A stretch of 64,000 bases of DNA from a virus (IMGVR_UViG_2871760914_000003:3131-67130); one strand, 5' to 3'; counted from the first letter of the stretch, positions 48,217 through 57,732 are shown. Notes: generated by a model not told the origin, from the letters alone. Program-made: numbers and translations.

Positions 48217-49386
48217 TTAGCTGTTTACGGATGCGGCGAAGTTCGCCAGATAGGTATCGGTGATGCGCTGACGCAGGGTCAGATCTTCCAGCGGCGGCAC
48301 CGGCGTGTAGTCGTAATCGATAAACAGTTTGCCCGCCTTCAGGCTCTCTTTATCGTTGGCGCTTTCGTCGTACCAGCAGTTGGCGCCCAGCAGATAACCG
48401 GCGCTGACCAGCTCACGGAACTTGGCATTGATACCGGCGATGATTTCGCGTACCAGTACTGGCGTCAGCGGTTTGTCGTTGGCCCACATGTGCGCTTCCG
48501 CCATGGTATCGGCCAGAACCTGTGCTGAACGGGTGTAGTTTTCAAAGGCAAAAAGTGGATCGTCACTGCAGGTGCGGTTGCCCCAGAAACGGAAACCGTC
48601 CTTGCGAATCAGCGTGGTAACACATTTTTCGTTCAGCAGATCGGCATCGGTGCCGGTCTGTTGCAGATCCCAGAAAACATCTGCAGAGATACCCGTCACG
48701 CCATTGACGCCCACGTTAGACAGGGTTTTATGCCAGCCGGTGTCGTTGTCAATTTTGGCGCGCAGGCCCAACGCACGTGCGGTGGCATAAGCCATTTCAG
48801 ATTTATTGGTTGCCGTGTTCCAGGCAATAAAATCTGGCCAGATCACCATCAGCTCGCGCTGGCTGAAGTTTTCGCGGTACTTCATGGCGTCAGAAATGGT
48901 TTTGCTGTTCCAGGCAGAGACGTAGGCAAAGCCACGCAGCTGCTGGGCAATGCTGGCCAGCGCTGTCGCCACTTCCAGCGAATCCAGACCCGGCACGCCA
49001 AGAATGCGCGGTTTAACACCCAGCTGCGTTTGCGCGCTGAGCAGCGCCTTCATGCCGGTGTATTTACCGTTCGCATCCGTCGAGCCAATCAGGTTAGAGG
49101 TGGTTTCAGCCTGGCTCGCGCCTTCTGCAACGCGAACCACGACGGTTACCGGCTTCGCCTGGTCAGCAATCGCCTGCAGCGCGGCCGCTAAGGTGCCTTT
49201 GGTACCGGCTTTACCGATAGCTGCCTGCACGTTGGTCAGCAGAACAGGTGTGTTAAGAGGAAATGCCGTTGCATCAGCATCTTCTGCGGTGCAGATCATG
49301 CCAACAATGGCGGTTGAAACTGTTGAAATGGTGCGTGTACCGTCATTGACTTCGACGACGCGGACACCGTGATGAAAATCAGACAT
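48217..49386 (-). CDS. FI: Tail sheath protein
   Basis: [13 protein letters not shown]...GFRFWGNR...[11 protein letters not shown]. Confidence 0.97.
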   Translation of the reverse strand: MSDFHHGVRVVEVNDGTRTISTVSTAIVGMICTAEDADATAFPLNTPVLLTNVQAAIGKAGTKGTLAAALQAIADQAKPVTVVVRVAEGASQAETTSNLIGSTDANGKYTGMKALLSAQTQLGVKPRILGVPGLDSLEVATALASIAQQLRGFAYVSAWNSKTISDAMKYRENFSQRELMVIWPDFIAWNTATNKSEMAYATARALGLRAKIDNDTGWHKTLSNVGVNGVTGISADVFWDLQQTGTDADLLNEKCVTTLIRKDGFRFWGNRTCSDDPLFAFENYTRSAQVLADTMAEAHMWANDKPLTPVLVREIIAGINAKFRELVSAGYLLGANCWYDESANDKESLKAGKLFIDYDYTPVPPLEDLTLRQRITDTYLANFAASVNS

Positions 49387-49455
49387 CTGTAGCACTCCGT
49401 GTTGTGGGTGTGCTCAGAGTGTCAGGTCAGTAAAAAGGATGCATGCGATTGCGGT

Positions 49456-49473
49456 TTGCTGATCGTTCAGTAA
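49456..49473 (-). promoter_or_regulatory. Variant late activator site (pF), TTG-N12-TAA
   Basis: 70 nt upstream of FI, the position occupied by TGT-N12-ACA in prophage 1 (71 nt). Confidence 0.5.
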
Positions 49474-50045
49474 GAAGAACCGCGTAAATGGTGCTGTTTT
49501 GGCGCTGGAATATAACGATAAATGGTTTTGGTTGAAACATCTAATACGAGTGCAACCTGATGAAGCGTGGCGCCATTCGCCATCATGCGTTCCGCTCTGG
49601 CAACGACTTCCGGTGTCATAATGCGCCGGCGGCCACCAATGCGTCCTTTCTCACGCGCAGCGGTCAGGCCGGCACGCGTTCGCTCGACAATCAATTCGCG
49701 CTCCATCTCCGCCAGTGCGCCCATCACATGAAAGAAAAAACGGCCCATCGGTGTGCTGGTATCGATGCTGTCCGTGAGGCTACGAAAGTTTACCCCGCGT
49801 TCGCGCAGCTCTTCGGTGAGCATGACCAGGTGACGCATGCTGCGGCCCAGTCGATCGAGCTTCCATACCACCAAAGTATCGCCCTCTTTTAACGTCCGCA
49901 GCGCCCGCTTTAAACCAGGCCGTTCACTGGTCTTACCGCTGATTTTATCCTCAAAAATCTGTTCACAATTTGCGCTCTGCAGCGCATTCCGTTGCAAATC
50001 GGTGTTTTGGTCATTTGTTGACACCCTGACATAGCCAATCAGCAT
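49467..50045 (-). CDS. Serine DNA invertase (Gin/Hin/Pin family)
   Basis: MLIGYVRVSTNDQNTDLQ...VVWKLDRLGRS...ELIVERTRAGL..AR..GRIGGR, C-terminal HTH. Confidence 0.97.
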   Translation of the reverse strand: MLIGYVRVSTNDQNTDLQRNALQSANCEQIFEDKISGKTSERPGLKRALRTLKEGDTLVVWKLDRLGRSMRHLVMLTEELRERGVNFRSLTDSIDTSTPMGRFFFHVMGALAEMERELIVERTRAGLTAAREKGRIGGRRRIMTPEVVARAERMMANGATLHQVALVLDVSTKTIYRYIPAPKQHHLRGSSY

Positions 50046-50110
50046 CGTTTTTTCTCCGGTAAAAGGTGAGGAGTTTGCCATTGTGCAGGTGAGGCGGGCT
50101 AGGGGTTTGT

Positions 50111-50136
50111 TTCATCAAAACCTCGGTTTGGGAGAA
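50111..50136 (+). repeat. Invertase crossover site A (gix/pix-like)
   Basis: TTCATCAAAACCTCGGTTTGGGAGAA, inverted relative to sites at 52344 and 53858. Confidence 0.9.
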
Positions 50137-50640
50137 GGCTCTGCTTTGCCGGTTGGGGTGCCTGTTCCATGGCCGTCTGAAATACCACCATCAGGCTGGT
50201 TAACCTGTAATGGTGACGCTTTTAGTGCAACTGATTTCCCGCTCCTGGCGAAAGCTTATCCATCGCTTAGATTACCGGATTTGCGTGGGGAGTTTATTCG
50301 TGGTTGGGATGCTGGGCGTGGTGTCGATATCAGCAGAGGAATTTTAACATCGCAGCAGTCAACGACCCTAAGAACCGCGATGCTTGATTACTATAACCAA
50401 GACGCAACGGGGGCGAATGGTGTAGTCGGTTTAGGATTCAAAAATGAAGATTCATTATTTGATATGCAGCAATATGATTTCAAAATGCCAGATGGAACTA
50501 ATCCAAATAATTATGAAGGCGCGATCTCAGACAATGGTATGAATGCAACCATTATTACCAGTATAAAATCTGGAATATCGAAAGGTATAAGTTTCAGACC
50601 ACGTAACTTAGCATTCAATTATATAGTGAGGGCTAAGTAA
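50137..50640 (+). CDS. Silent tail fibre C-terminal cassette (collar type)
   Basis: In frame from site A: NLGLGEGSALPVGVPVPWP...PDLRGEFIRGWD...RPRNLAFNYIVRAK; no own start. Confidence 0.88.
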   Translation, partial: GSALPVGVPVPWPSEIPPSGWLTCNGDAFSATDFPLLAKAYPSLRLPDLRGEFIRGWDAGRGVDISRGILTSQQSTTLRTAMLDYYNQDATGANGVVGLGFKNEDSLFDMQQYDFKMPDGTNPNNYEGAISDNGMNATIITSIKSGISKGISFRPRNLAFNYIVRAK

Positions 50641-51288
50641 TGTCTTATGCAGCCTGTTTCAGCATTCTGGGTGAGACAGCACAGGCTGTATGAGTAACTG
50701 GTGGAAATATTAAACCATAATGTAAGATATCTGGGGGCATTGAATAGATGTTTTGAAAATCGTCAATGGCACTATCTCGAACTGAAAGATTGTACTTTTG
50801 TTTTGTGACATTAACGATCATGGTAAAGAGAAATTATTAGCTTGGATGGCATATGCGAATTCAGTAGCCGTCGAAGTACCGACGGCTACTAGCATATACC
50901 ATCTTTTGATGCTTAGATTGATGTCGAAAGAATTGCTAGGGTAAATAAATTTAATGCCTCTGGCATTTATTTAGGGCTGATTTTAATCGCCCCATCCTAT
51001 GAAATAACAAGGTCAATCTTTTTACAGGGAAAGCCCTAACCAGTTTCTATTTTGAAAAAGATATATTATTTATTGATATAAGGTAGCCAAGTTTTCGAGT
51101 CGGGGAAACCCCCTTGGAAAATATAAATTTATAATGGAGAGAGATTCTTGTATATGTGGAGTCTCAATGATTTAAAAAGAGAATCGATCGCTATATTTAC
51201 CTCTCCAGATAATGAAGGGACGATTCTAAATAAAGTGATTTAACAGATAGCGACCTTCGCTATCTGTCATTCCAAAGAAAAACTGAAA

Positions 51289-51885
51289 TTATTCTGGTTT
51301 TTGCGGCCATAACACTTCAGGTGCTGTCGATACATCGACGGCTCTAACTGAAGCTTTATACATCATCCATGCTGAAAGTCTTTCCTTGTCACTATCGCTT
51401 ATATCCCCAAGTAAAAGTTCAATCTTCCAGTCCGATATTATTTTATCAATGCCATTCAAAATCTCTTCTCGATATTTCTCTGCACTTATTTTATCGGCCT
51501 CACGTTTAAGCAATATATCCTCAACCCACTTCTCACCATCCCATTTACAGAAGTCTGAAGCTGGAACTATTGAAGTGGTATTGGTCGGATAATCACCCAA
51601 TTTAGTTATAATAAATGGCTTTGCTGTTTCAATGTCATAAACAGTTTCACCACGATGATCGTTGATATACTCCCACGCAGAAAGGTCTTTAGTTCTACAA
51701 ACCACCATGCCCTCTTTTTTCTCTAAAGGAGCATCGATACACGAATTAGCAGGAAGGCCTACTCCTTTAGCAAGAATTTCAGTGATGGTTGAAAGGTATT
51801 CACGTGAAACACCATCATAATTACAAACGCTAATTTCCCCAGCGTTAATAGCGACGAAATCTTTATCTAACTGAGCTTTTAACAT
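51289..51885 (-). CDS. Tail fibre assembly chaperone (Tfa)
   Basis: GVGLPANSCIDAP...DHRGETVYD...WMMYKASVRAVD..TAPEVLWPQKP. Confidence 0.9.
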   Translation of the reverse strand: MLKAQLDKDFVAINAGEISVCNYDGVSREYLSTITEILAKGVGLPANSCIDAPLEKKEGMVVCRTKDLSAWEYINDHRGETVYDIETAKPFIITKLGDYPTNTTSIVPASDFCKWDGEKWVEDILLKREADKISAEKYREEILNGIDKIISDWKIELLLGDISDSDKERLSAWMMYKASVRAVDVSTAPEVLWPQKPE

Positions 51886-52343
51886 TACGCAGCCCTCAAA
51901 ATATAATTGAATGCAATATTGCGTGGTCTGGTTTCATTGCCACCAGTTTTCTCCATGAAAATGTACGTCCAGGCCCGTAAACCACTTACATTATTTGCCT
52001 CAGCGTTTTCGTTATTTTCATCCGTGTACGCGATTATCCGGTCCGTAGGTGTACCATATTCGTTTACAAATCTGTGGTTATGGGACTTAAACATATCTTC
52101 TTGGGATGAAAGCAAGTTGCGCGAGCTATCGATACCTCGACCATCATCCCAGCCACGAATAAATTCGCCGCGTAAGTCCGGCAATTTCAACCCCGGATAA
52201 AGTACAGCCAGTTTAGGGTAGGTTGTACTGGAGAATGAAGCACCATTAGCTTTGACAAAAACCATTCCAGCCATTGATGCAAACAGCTCATTGGGCATTT
52301 TTGAATGCGGCCATGCAAAAGGAGAACCGATGAGTGGAGCACC
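51885..52343 (-). CDS. Silent tail fibre C-terminal cassette (collar type)
   Basis: In frame from site B: KNLGLGEGAPLIGSP...PDLRGEFIRGWDDGRG...ETRPRNIAFNYILRAA. Confidence 0.88.
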   Translation of the reverse strand, partial: GAPLIGSPFAWPHSKMPNELFASMAGMVFVKANGASFSSTTYPKLAVLYPGLKLPDLRGEFIRGWDDGRGIDSSRNLLSSQEDMFKSHNHRFVNEYGTPTDRIIAYTDENNENAEANNVSGLRAWTYIFMEKTGGNETRPRNIAFNYILRAA

Positions 52344-52369
52344 TTCTCCCAAACCGAGGTTTTTAGGAT
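52344..52369 (-). repeat. Invertase crossover site B
   Basis: Plus strand TTCTCCCAAACCGAGGTTTTTAGGAT; 20-bp perfect inverted match to site A. Confidence 0.9.
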
Positions 52370-52398
52370 GCTCTAAGCTTTTTATCAACAATTGCGTT

Positions 52399-52424
52399 TG
52401 GATAAAAACCTCGGGCTATGAGAG
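52399..52424 (+). repeat. Degenerate crossover site D
   Basis: TGGATAAAAACCTCGGGCTATGAGAG keeps the AAAACCTCGG core; fibre frame reads KNLGL then stop. Confidence 0.55.
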
Positions 52425-52608
52425 TGGAGGCGGCGGTGCATCGTATTTTTGTGCGGGAGGGAATCCCATGGCTGCCGGCTCAGCTTTTTCCGGTGATCCA
52501 GGCGCATTAGGTTCAGGAGGAGGCGGAGGATTTTCCGTTAGTAATTCATCTGCTCAAACTGGTGGGAATGGGGGCGATGGGTTGATTATCATTGAGGAAT
52601 ATGCATGA
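52425..52608 (+). pseudogene. Remnant of a glycine-rich fibre tip cassette
   Basis: GGGGASYF..GG...GALGSGGGGG...GGNGGDGLIIIEEY resembles the expressed fibre end (GQPGILIVEW); out of frame with site D. Confidence 0.7.
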
Positions 52609-52793
52609 AAACGTATGCAAGAATTGAAAAAAATATAGTTAAAGAACTATTTTCCACTGAGGAAAAAATCACAAAGCTTTTCCATCCCGATATGCATTGG
52701 GTGGATATTACAGCAAGCGGGGTGAAAATATCTGAAGGTTGGAATTATATAAACAACACATTCATTCCGGAAAAAAAGACTAACATCCTATAA
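52605..52793 (+). CDS. Small partner of Gly-rich fibre tip (putative chaperone)
   Basis: MKTYARIEKNIVKEL...EGWNY, coupled to the remnant; positional analogue of 52958-53176. Confidence 0.6.
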   Translation: MKTYARIEKNIVKELFSTEEKITKLFHPDMHWVDITASGVKISEGWNYINNTFIPEKKTNIL

Positions 52794-52957
52794 TTAAAAA
52801 CCCGCATACGCGGGTTTTTTTAAAAGCCAAGCACTATTAATCGCTTAAAAAATGCATAAAAAAATCATGAAGCCGCAGGCAAACTAAATACTTACATTAA
52901 ACCAGCTTAGGGCAAATAGATCGAGAGCTATAACTCATTGTTAAGAAATGATTTTAA

Positions 52958-53176
52958 CTAATAAATTATTTTTTCTTTCGCTGATGGATAGATCATACTA
53001 AACCCTTTGTCTTGATAAAATAAACCATCAGCTTTATTTAAAAACATACCCGGCTGGCAAAAAACACCACTTTCTATTTTCACCATGGTGAAGCCGGATA
53101 TGTCAAATTCATTGTCCCTGATAATGATATTTTCGACATAATTACTACCTGTTTGAATAAGTGCGAAATTAGTCAT
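52958..53176 (-). CDS. Small partner of the expressed Gly-rich fibre (putative chaperone)
   Basis: MTNFALIQTGSNYVENIII...PGMF, directly after H. Confidence 0.65.
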   Translation of the reverse strand: MTNFALIQTGSNYVENIIIRDNEFDISGFTMVKIESGVFCQPGMFLNKADGLFYQDKGFSMIYPSAKEKIIY

Positions 53177-53179
53177 CTG

Positions 53180-54478
53180 TTACCACTCCACTATGAGGAT
53201 ACCGGGCTGACCTACAGCACCGTTACCATTAATGCCAGTAGATCCCCCTGCGCCGCCAGAACCAAAACCGTCTCCAATGTAACCATTTTGGCCGCCGGCA
53301 CTGCCATTACCAGAAGATCGCACTGCTCCCCCGCCGCCACCGAATGGGCAAGATGCGCCTGCACCGCTATTTCCCGTTCCAATGACTAAGAGAGTTTTGC
53401 CACTATCACCCGCACCATCTCCGCCGGAGCTTCCCCGAGGATATCCTCCTCCGCCAGCCCCGCCATACTGCGCTGAACCTCCGCCACCAGGGTCTCCACC
53501 CTGACCGGCGATAAGGGTCAAATAACTGCCAAAAACAGTATTGCCACCAGTACCCCCAGCCTTACCATCTGAGTTTACTGACGTGGTTCCACCGACACCA
53601 CCCGCCCCGATAATCACATCAACTATCTCTCCAGATTTAACGGTTATAGCGCGCTTGATAACTGACTGCCCAGCACCACCACCTCCAGCACCACCGCCAA
53701 ATTCACTGGTGTTGGTTCGGCAACCGCCGCCACCGCCACCGCCGCCGCCAGCACATCCGGATAGATAAATAGTCGTTACACCATCAGGCACCTGGAACTT
53801 ACCGCTACTGATGAATTGTTTAACGCCTCGAGAGCGCGAAATTTCATTTTGGACCGCTTCTACAAAACCGAGGTTTTTAAGAACCTCCGCCACCAGCCCC
53901 GCGTCTTTAATTTCTGCCAGCGCTTTAGCCGTTTGCAGATACTGACTATGGGGATTGGCCGCATCAACGTGCTTCTTCATCACATCGTCGGTGTAGGCTT
54001 TCACCTCGATGACTTTGTCATCCACATACTGGCGCGTGGCGAGCACAACTGAAGGGTCAATTTTCAACGTGACGGCACTGGTGCTGTTCACGATCAGGAT
54101 CATACGCACGGTCTGAGTACGACCGCTGCCCTCCTGCAGTTGCGGCTTGTAGGTTTCCGCGCAGTTCGCGACGGCAATCAGCACGCCGTCGGCGTCATAC
54201 AGGCCAATCTCACGGATCCAGAAGCCGCCTTCGCCTTCAGGGATAATCTGTTCAGCGATAATCTGGCTGCTGTTCGCGGCATCCACCTTCAGCGAATTCA
54301 GCCCGGCACGGCGCTTTTCGCCCACCAGTTTGGTCTGCGCAGGATCGGGCGTAGGTAAAACACCGCCGCCGTCACCCACCGCCATCTGGGTAATCTGCAG
54401 TTGGGTTCCCAGGGCCGCGGCATTGGCCAGCTTTGCCGCGCCCTGATTGGTCAGTAGGGCAAAATATTTCGTTGTCAT
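53180..54478 (-). CDS. H: Tail fibre, currently with glycine-rich tip
   Basis: P2 H N-terminus TKYFALLTNQGAAKLANAAALG; crossover site C at KNLGF; Gly-rich C-terminal domain. Confidence 0.93.
   Translation of the reverse strand: MTTKYFALLTNQGAAKLANAAALGTQLQITQMAVGDGGGVLPTPDPAQTKLVGEKRRAGLNSLKVDAANSSQIIAEQIIPEGEGGFWIREIGLYDADGVLIAVANCAETYKPQLQEGSGRTQTVRMILIVNSTSAVTLKIDPSVVLATRQYVDDKVIEVKAYTDDVMKKHVDAANPHSQYLQTAKALAEIKDAGLVAEVLKNLGFVEAVQNEISRSRGVKQFISSGKFQVPDGVTTIYLSGCAGGGGGGGGGCRTNTSEFGGGAGGGGAGQSVIKRAITVKSGEIVDVIIGAGGVGGTTSVNSDGKAGGTGGNTVFGSYLTLIAGQGGDPGGGGSAQYGGAGGGGYPRGSSGGDGAGDSGKTLLVIGTGNSGAGASCPFGGGGGAVRSSGNGSAGGQNGYIGDGFGSGGAGGSTGINGNGAVGQPGILIVEW
53858..53883 (-). repeat. Invertase crossover site C, inside H
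   Basis: Plus strand TTCTACAAAACCGAGGTTTTTAAGAA. Confidence 0.88.
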
Positions 54479-55083
54479 GCTCTCACTTCCGTCAGGTCAA
54501 TAAGATGGACCGCTGCGCCGGTGTAACCGGAACCGCCTGCGGTGATAACTTCAGGTGTATAGGGGTAAACAGTAAGCTCATCGCCACTGTAACTGGCGGC
54601 CGCAACAGGAACGGTGCCGGTGCTGTCCAGGTTGATGGATAACCCAGTCAGGTGGCGACTCACCGGCTTGGCATCGGCAATCAGCCGCTCCAGCTCGTTG
54701 TACATCGCTTCGGTAATACCGGTTTCCAGTACGCCGACATCAAGGCGAAAGGTGCCGGGCGCTTCATTGGTTTGCCACCATTCCTTAATGCGAATCAGGT
54801 AGCCCAGTGGCTCCACCACACGGCGCAGAGAGCCAATCGTCCCTTTGTGTTTATGGATATATTCCGATGCAGCAACCACGCTGCGTTTCGTGCTTTCGCT
54901 CCAGCCCGAATCCCAACGATCCACCGACCAGGCCCAGGCCAGGTAAGGCAGTAGCTCCACCGGACAGGTCTGCGAATTCCATAACTGGCGCAAAGGAACA
55001 GGAATGGATTCCAGCGCTGCGCAGGCTTCAGCCGCGGCAACTTCCAGGGCTGATGAACCCGTTGGCAGCAGGCGTTTACTCAT
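54475..55083 (-). CDS. I: Tail protein I
   Basis: LLPTGSSALE...LPYLAWAWSVDRWD. Confidence 0.95.
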   Translation of the reverse strand: MSKRLLPTGSSALEVAAAEACAALESIPVPLRQLWNSQTCPVELLPYLAWAWSVDRWDSGWSESTKRSVVAASEYIHKHKGTIGSLRRVVEPLGYLIRIKEWWQTNEAPGTFRLDVGVLETGITEAMYNELERLIADAKPVSRHLTGLSINLDSTGTVPVAAASYSGDELTVYPYTPEVITAGGSGYTGAAVHLIDLTEVRA

Positions 55084-55984
55084 CGGAACCTCCTACCGTG
55101 ATCTGGTAGCCGGTGCAGAACGCCGCCTGGGTTTTATCCAGCACCACATCGGCCACCGGCTGGGCCAGTTCGACGCGCTGTACACCTTCTACATGTAGCG
55201 CGGCATACAGCGCAGACTTGCGAATATCGCGGCCTAAACGTGCCTGGGTGTTTACAAATGCCTTGAGCTTCGCCTCGGATGCGGCACGGATGGGCTCCGC
55301 CTCGGGACCGGGATACAAATACAGCGTGGCGTCAACGCGGTAATCCACAATCTGAGCCGACTGGACGGTAACCCGGTCAGCAACCGGACGGACATCTTCG
55401 TCATTTAGCGCGGCATTCACGATCGCCAGCAGGTCGCTGCCCGCCGCACCGTTGCCTTCGCGGGACAGCACGGTAATCGTGACGCTGGCGGGAGAGGGGC
55501 TGATAGCCGAGGCATCGGCTACGCGGCCATCGGCGCTGCGAGCATGAAATTCGTAAGCACCGGACGGCCCCGCAACACTCAGCCCTTCAAACGCGGCGGC
55601 AATGCGGGCGCGGAAGTCTTCATCCCGCTCCATTACCGCCTCAACGGGCGGCGTAGCGGTATTATCCGCCGGCGTCAGCACCAGCCGTGTCACGCCGTTG
55701 TTGGCGCCCAGTTGATCCAGATCGCTGCCGTTGGCCCAGGCCACCATCACCGCCTTGGCCGCCTCGTTGATGCGCTGACGCAGAATGACTTCCCGGTAGG
55801 CGTTCTCCTGCAGGAGTTTCACCAGCGGGTCGGACTCCAGCGCCAGAACCCGGGCAACCGATGCCTGCTCATCTGCAGGATAGAGCGAAATCAAGGTGGC
55901 TTTGCGTTCGGCAAGCAGCGTTTCATAGTCCAGCGTTTCCACCACGTTTGGCGCAGGCAACTGGCTCAGGTCGATAGTAGGCAT
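55076..55984 (-). CDS. J: Baseplate J
   Basis: IDLSQLPAPNVVE...SVAGPSGAYEF...VRPVADRVTV. Confidence 0.96.
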   Translation of the reverse strand: MPTIDLSQLPAPNVVETLDYETLLAERKATLISLYPADEQASVARVLALESDPLVKLLQENAYREVILRQRINEAAKAVMVAWANGSDLDQLGANNGVTRLVLTPADNTATPPVEAVMERDEDFRARIAAAFEGLSVAGPSGAYEFHARSADGRVADASAISPSPASVTITVLSREGNGAAGSDLLAIVNAALNDEDVRPVADRVTVQSAQIVDYRVDATLYLYPGPEAEPIRAASEAKLKAFVNTQARLGRDIRKSALYAALHVEGVQRVELAQPVADVVLDKTQAAFCTGYQITVGGSDE

Positions 55985-55987
55985 GAT

Positions 55988-56338
55988 TCAACTCACAGGG
56001 ACGGTTAACGAAAAATCCTGCGCGGTGTCCGCACGGTTGCCGGTGATTTCCACCACCATCCCGCCGTCAAACGCAGATTCAAAATTAATGGCAGTCAGGC
56101 TGATGCGCGGCTCCCACTGCAGGATCGCCATATAACAGGCTGACATGATTTGCAGGCGCAACCTGTCGTTCTGCGGCTGGTCGATTAGCGCCGACAACAG
56201 TGAACCGTAGTTACGGCGCATCACCCGCGATCCCAGCGGCGTCGTCAGAATGTCACGGACGGACTGGCGGATATGCTCCAGCTCAACGAGGGTTACGCCT
56301 GTTTCGCGGCTCATGCCGGTGTAGCGTGCTGTTGTCAT
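55988..56338 (-). CDS. W: Baseplate W
   Basis: HIRQSVRDILTTPLGSRVMRRNYGS...WEPRI; start MTTARY. Confidence 0.94.
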   Translation of the reverse strand: MTTARYTGMSRETGVTLVELEHIRQSVRDILTTPLGSRVMRRNYGSLLSALIDQPQNDRLRLQIMSACYMAILQWEPRISLTAINFESAFDGGMVVEITGNRADTAQDFSLTVPVS

Positions 56339-56919
56339 AATGGTGCTCCTGTGGTGCCACCGCTGTCGCCCGGATGCTGGTGCGTATGCAGCACTTTGCC
56401 GTTGGAGGCGAAGCTGCCGCCGCTGTGCGACACATCGCCCTTCATGGTGCCGCCCTGGGTCACTTCCAGCGTGGCGGTTTTCAGTAACGTGGTGCACTCC
56501 ACTTCTGGCGTATCCAGCAGGATTTTGACAGCCGCCTTGATCGTCGCCGTCTGAATCCCTTCGGCTTTCAGCGCGCCGGTTGCAGGCTCGTATTCAATGA
56601 CCGCACCATCGGGAAAAGAGTAGTGCAGCGCATCGGCAGAGGCCGAGGGCGCCGGGCTGGCGTCAGAGAACACGCCGGGTAACACGAAGCCGCTGTTCAG
56701 CTCACCGCCCAGGCTTATGATCAGCACCTGCTCGCCTGGCGACGGCGCATTCCATGAACGGGTTCTTCCCGCCCGGGCACTTAGCCAGTGCAGCCAGTCA
56801 GTGGTGTTATCGCCAGTTTTTACCCGGCAGGTTCCCGCCTCCAGATTGATGGCGGCAACGGTGCCAATGCGGACCATGTTGCGCAGCAAGCGCTTGATTT
56901 CTAATATTTGCTCGTTCAT
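56335..56919 (-). CDS. V: Baseplate spike V
   Basis: MVRIGTV...RAGRTRSWNAPSPGEQV...HTHQH. Confidence 0.95.
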   Translation of the reverse strand: MNEQILEIKRLLRNMVRIGTVAAINLEAGTCRVKTGDNTTDWLHWLSARAGRTRSWNAPSPGEQVLIISLGGELNSGFVLPGVFSDASPAPSASADALHYSFPDGAVIEYEPATGALKAEGIQTATIKAAVKILLDTPEVECTTLLKTATLEVTQGGTMKGDVSHSGGSFASNGKVLHTHQHPGDSGGTTGAPL

Positions 56920-56965
56920 GGCATTAGTTTCTCGTTGCAGGAGAAAAGCGGCAATCGAATGCCGT

Positions 56966-56983
56966 TTACCCAGGGATGGCTAA
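56966..56983 (-). promoter_or_regulatory. Variant late activator site (pV), TTA-N12-TAA
   Basis: 47 nt upstream of V (TGT-N12-ACA is 48 nt upstream in prophage 1). Confidence 0.5.
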
Positions 56984-57011
56984 ACAGCGCGTCAGCGGAT
57001 AAGGGTTATCG

Positions 57012-57482
57012 TTATGTTTTCCATTCGCTGACCAGCTTGCCTTTGATGTACAACTGCCAGGGGCGCTCAACATTTTCCGGCATAGCCGGTTCTGGCAGAT
57101 GCGTGATGTGTAATGCGCCGTTCTGCTGCTCAACCCAGACGCGTTCGGTCAGTTGCAGAGTGATATTCACCTTACTGCGCCCATCGCCGCTTGCCTCAAG
57201 GGTGAAGGTAAAGCCGGTGCGACGTTTCTCATCCGAAACCATGATGTCGGGCTGGTTTTCCCGAAGCCATGTCAGCAGGGGAACCATGATCAGATCGATA
57301 TCCTCTGCGTAGTCAGTAATCGTGACGGCCAGCTGGAAGTGGTATTCAAACGACAGCGAGCTGGCCAGCGTGGAAACCAGGTTTCCGGACTGAATCGCTA
57401 TCGTCAGGTTGTCAGGATTTTGCTGAAGCAGCGGAACGCTGTTTATCAGCACCTGGCGTAGTTGGGTCGCTTTCAACATCAT
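57012..57482 (-). CDS. R: Tail completion/terminator protein R
   Basis: MLKATQLRQVL...FEYHFQL...WLRENQPD...LQLTERV; no S gene follows. Confidence 0.9.
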   Translation of the reverse strand: MMLKATQLRQVLINSVPLLQQNPDNLTIAIQSGNLVSTLASSLSFEYHFQLAVTITDYAEDIDLIMVPLLTWLRENQPDIMVSDEKRRTGFTFTLEASGDGRSKVNITLQLTERVWVEQQNGALHITHLPEPAMPENVERPWQLYIKGKLVSEWKT

Positions 57483-57732
57483 GCTGCTCCTGGCACGCTT
57501 TAATCATCTCAATCTGCAACCCGCACGATGCGAGCGCAGCCTCTAACTGGCGGTTATCCGCCGCCAAATCACCCTGCGTCTGCAGGTTGTTTTCCGGAAT
57601 GGGGCAACTTGTCACGCGTGGACAACCAGTCCAGATAATCTCGGGCATTGCTGAAGGCCGGACGGCTGTGCAGCCGGATAACGTCAGCAGGCAAAGCAGC
57701 AGCGCTCCAGACACGTAAAGCGGGATTGGCAT
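57412..57732 (-). CDS. lysC: Outer-membrane spanin lipoprotein
   Basis: Lipobox TLSGC; CPRVTSC...QGDL. Confidence 0.83.
   Translation of the reverse strand: MPIPLYVSGALLLCLLTLSGCTAVRPSAMPEIIWTGCPRVTSCPIPENNLQTQGDLAADNRQLEAALASCGLQIEMIKACQEQHDVESDPTTPGADKQRSAASAKS

Noticed and set aside
53720-53760. ccg/cca microsatellite as a slippage switch
   Set aside because: Encodes the poly-Gly run of the fibre tip with mixed codons; triplet changes would not shift the frame
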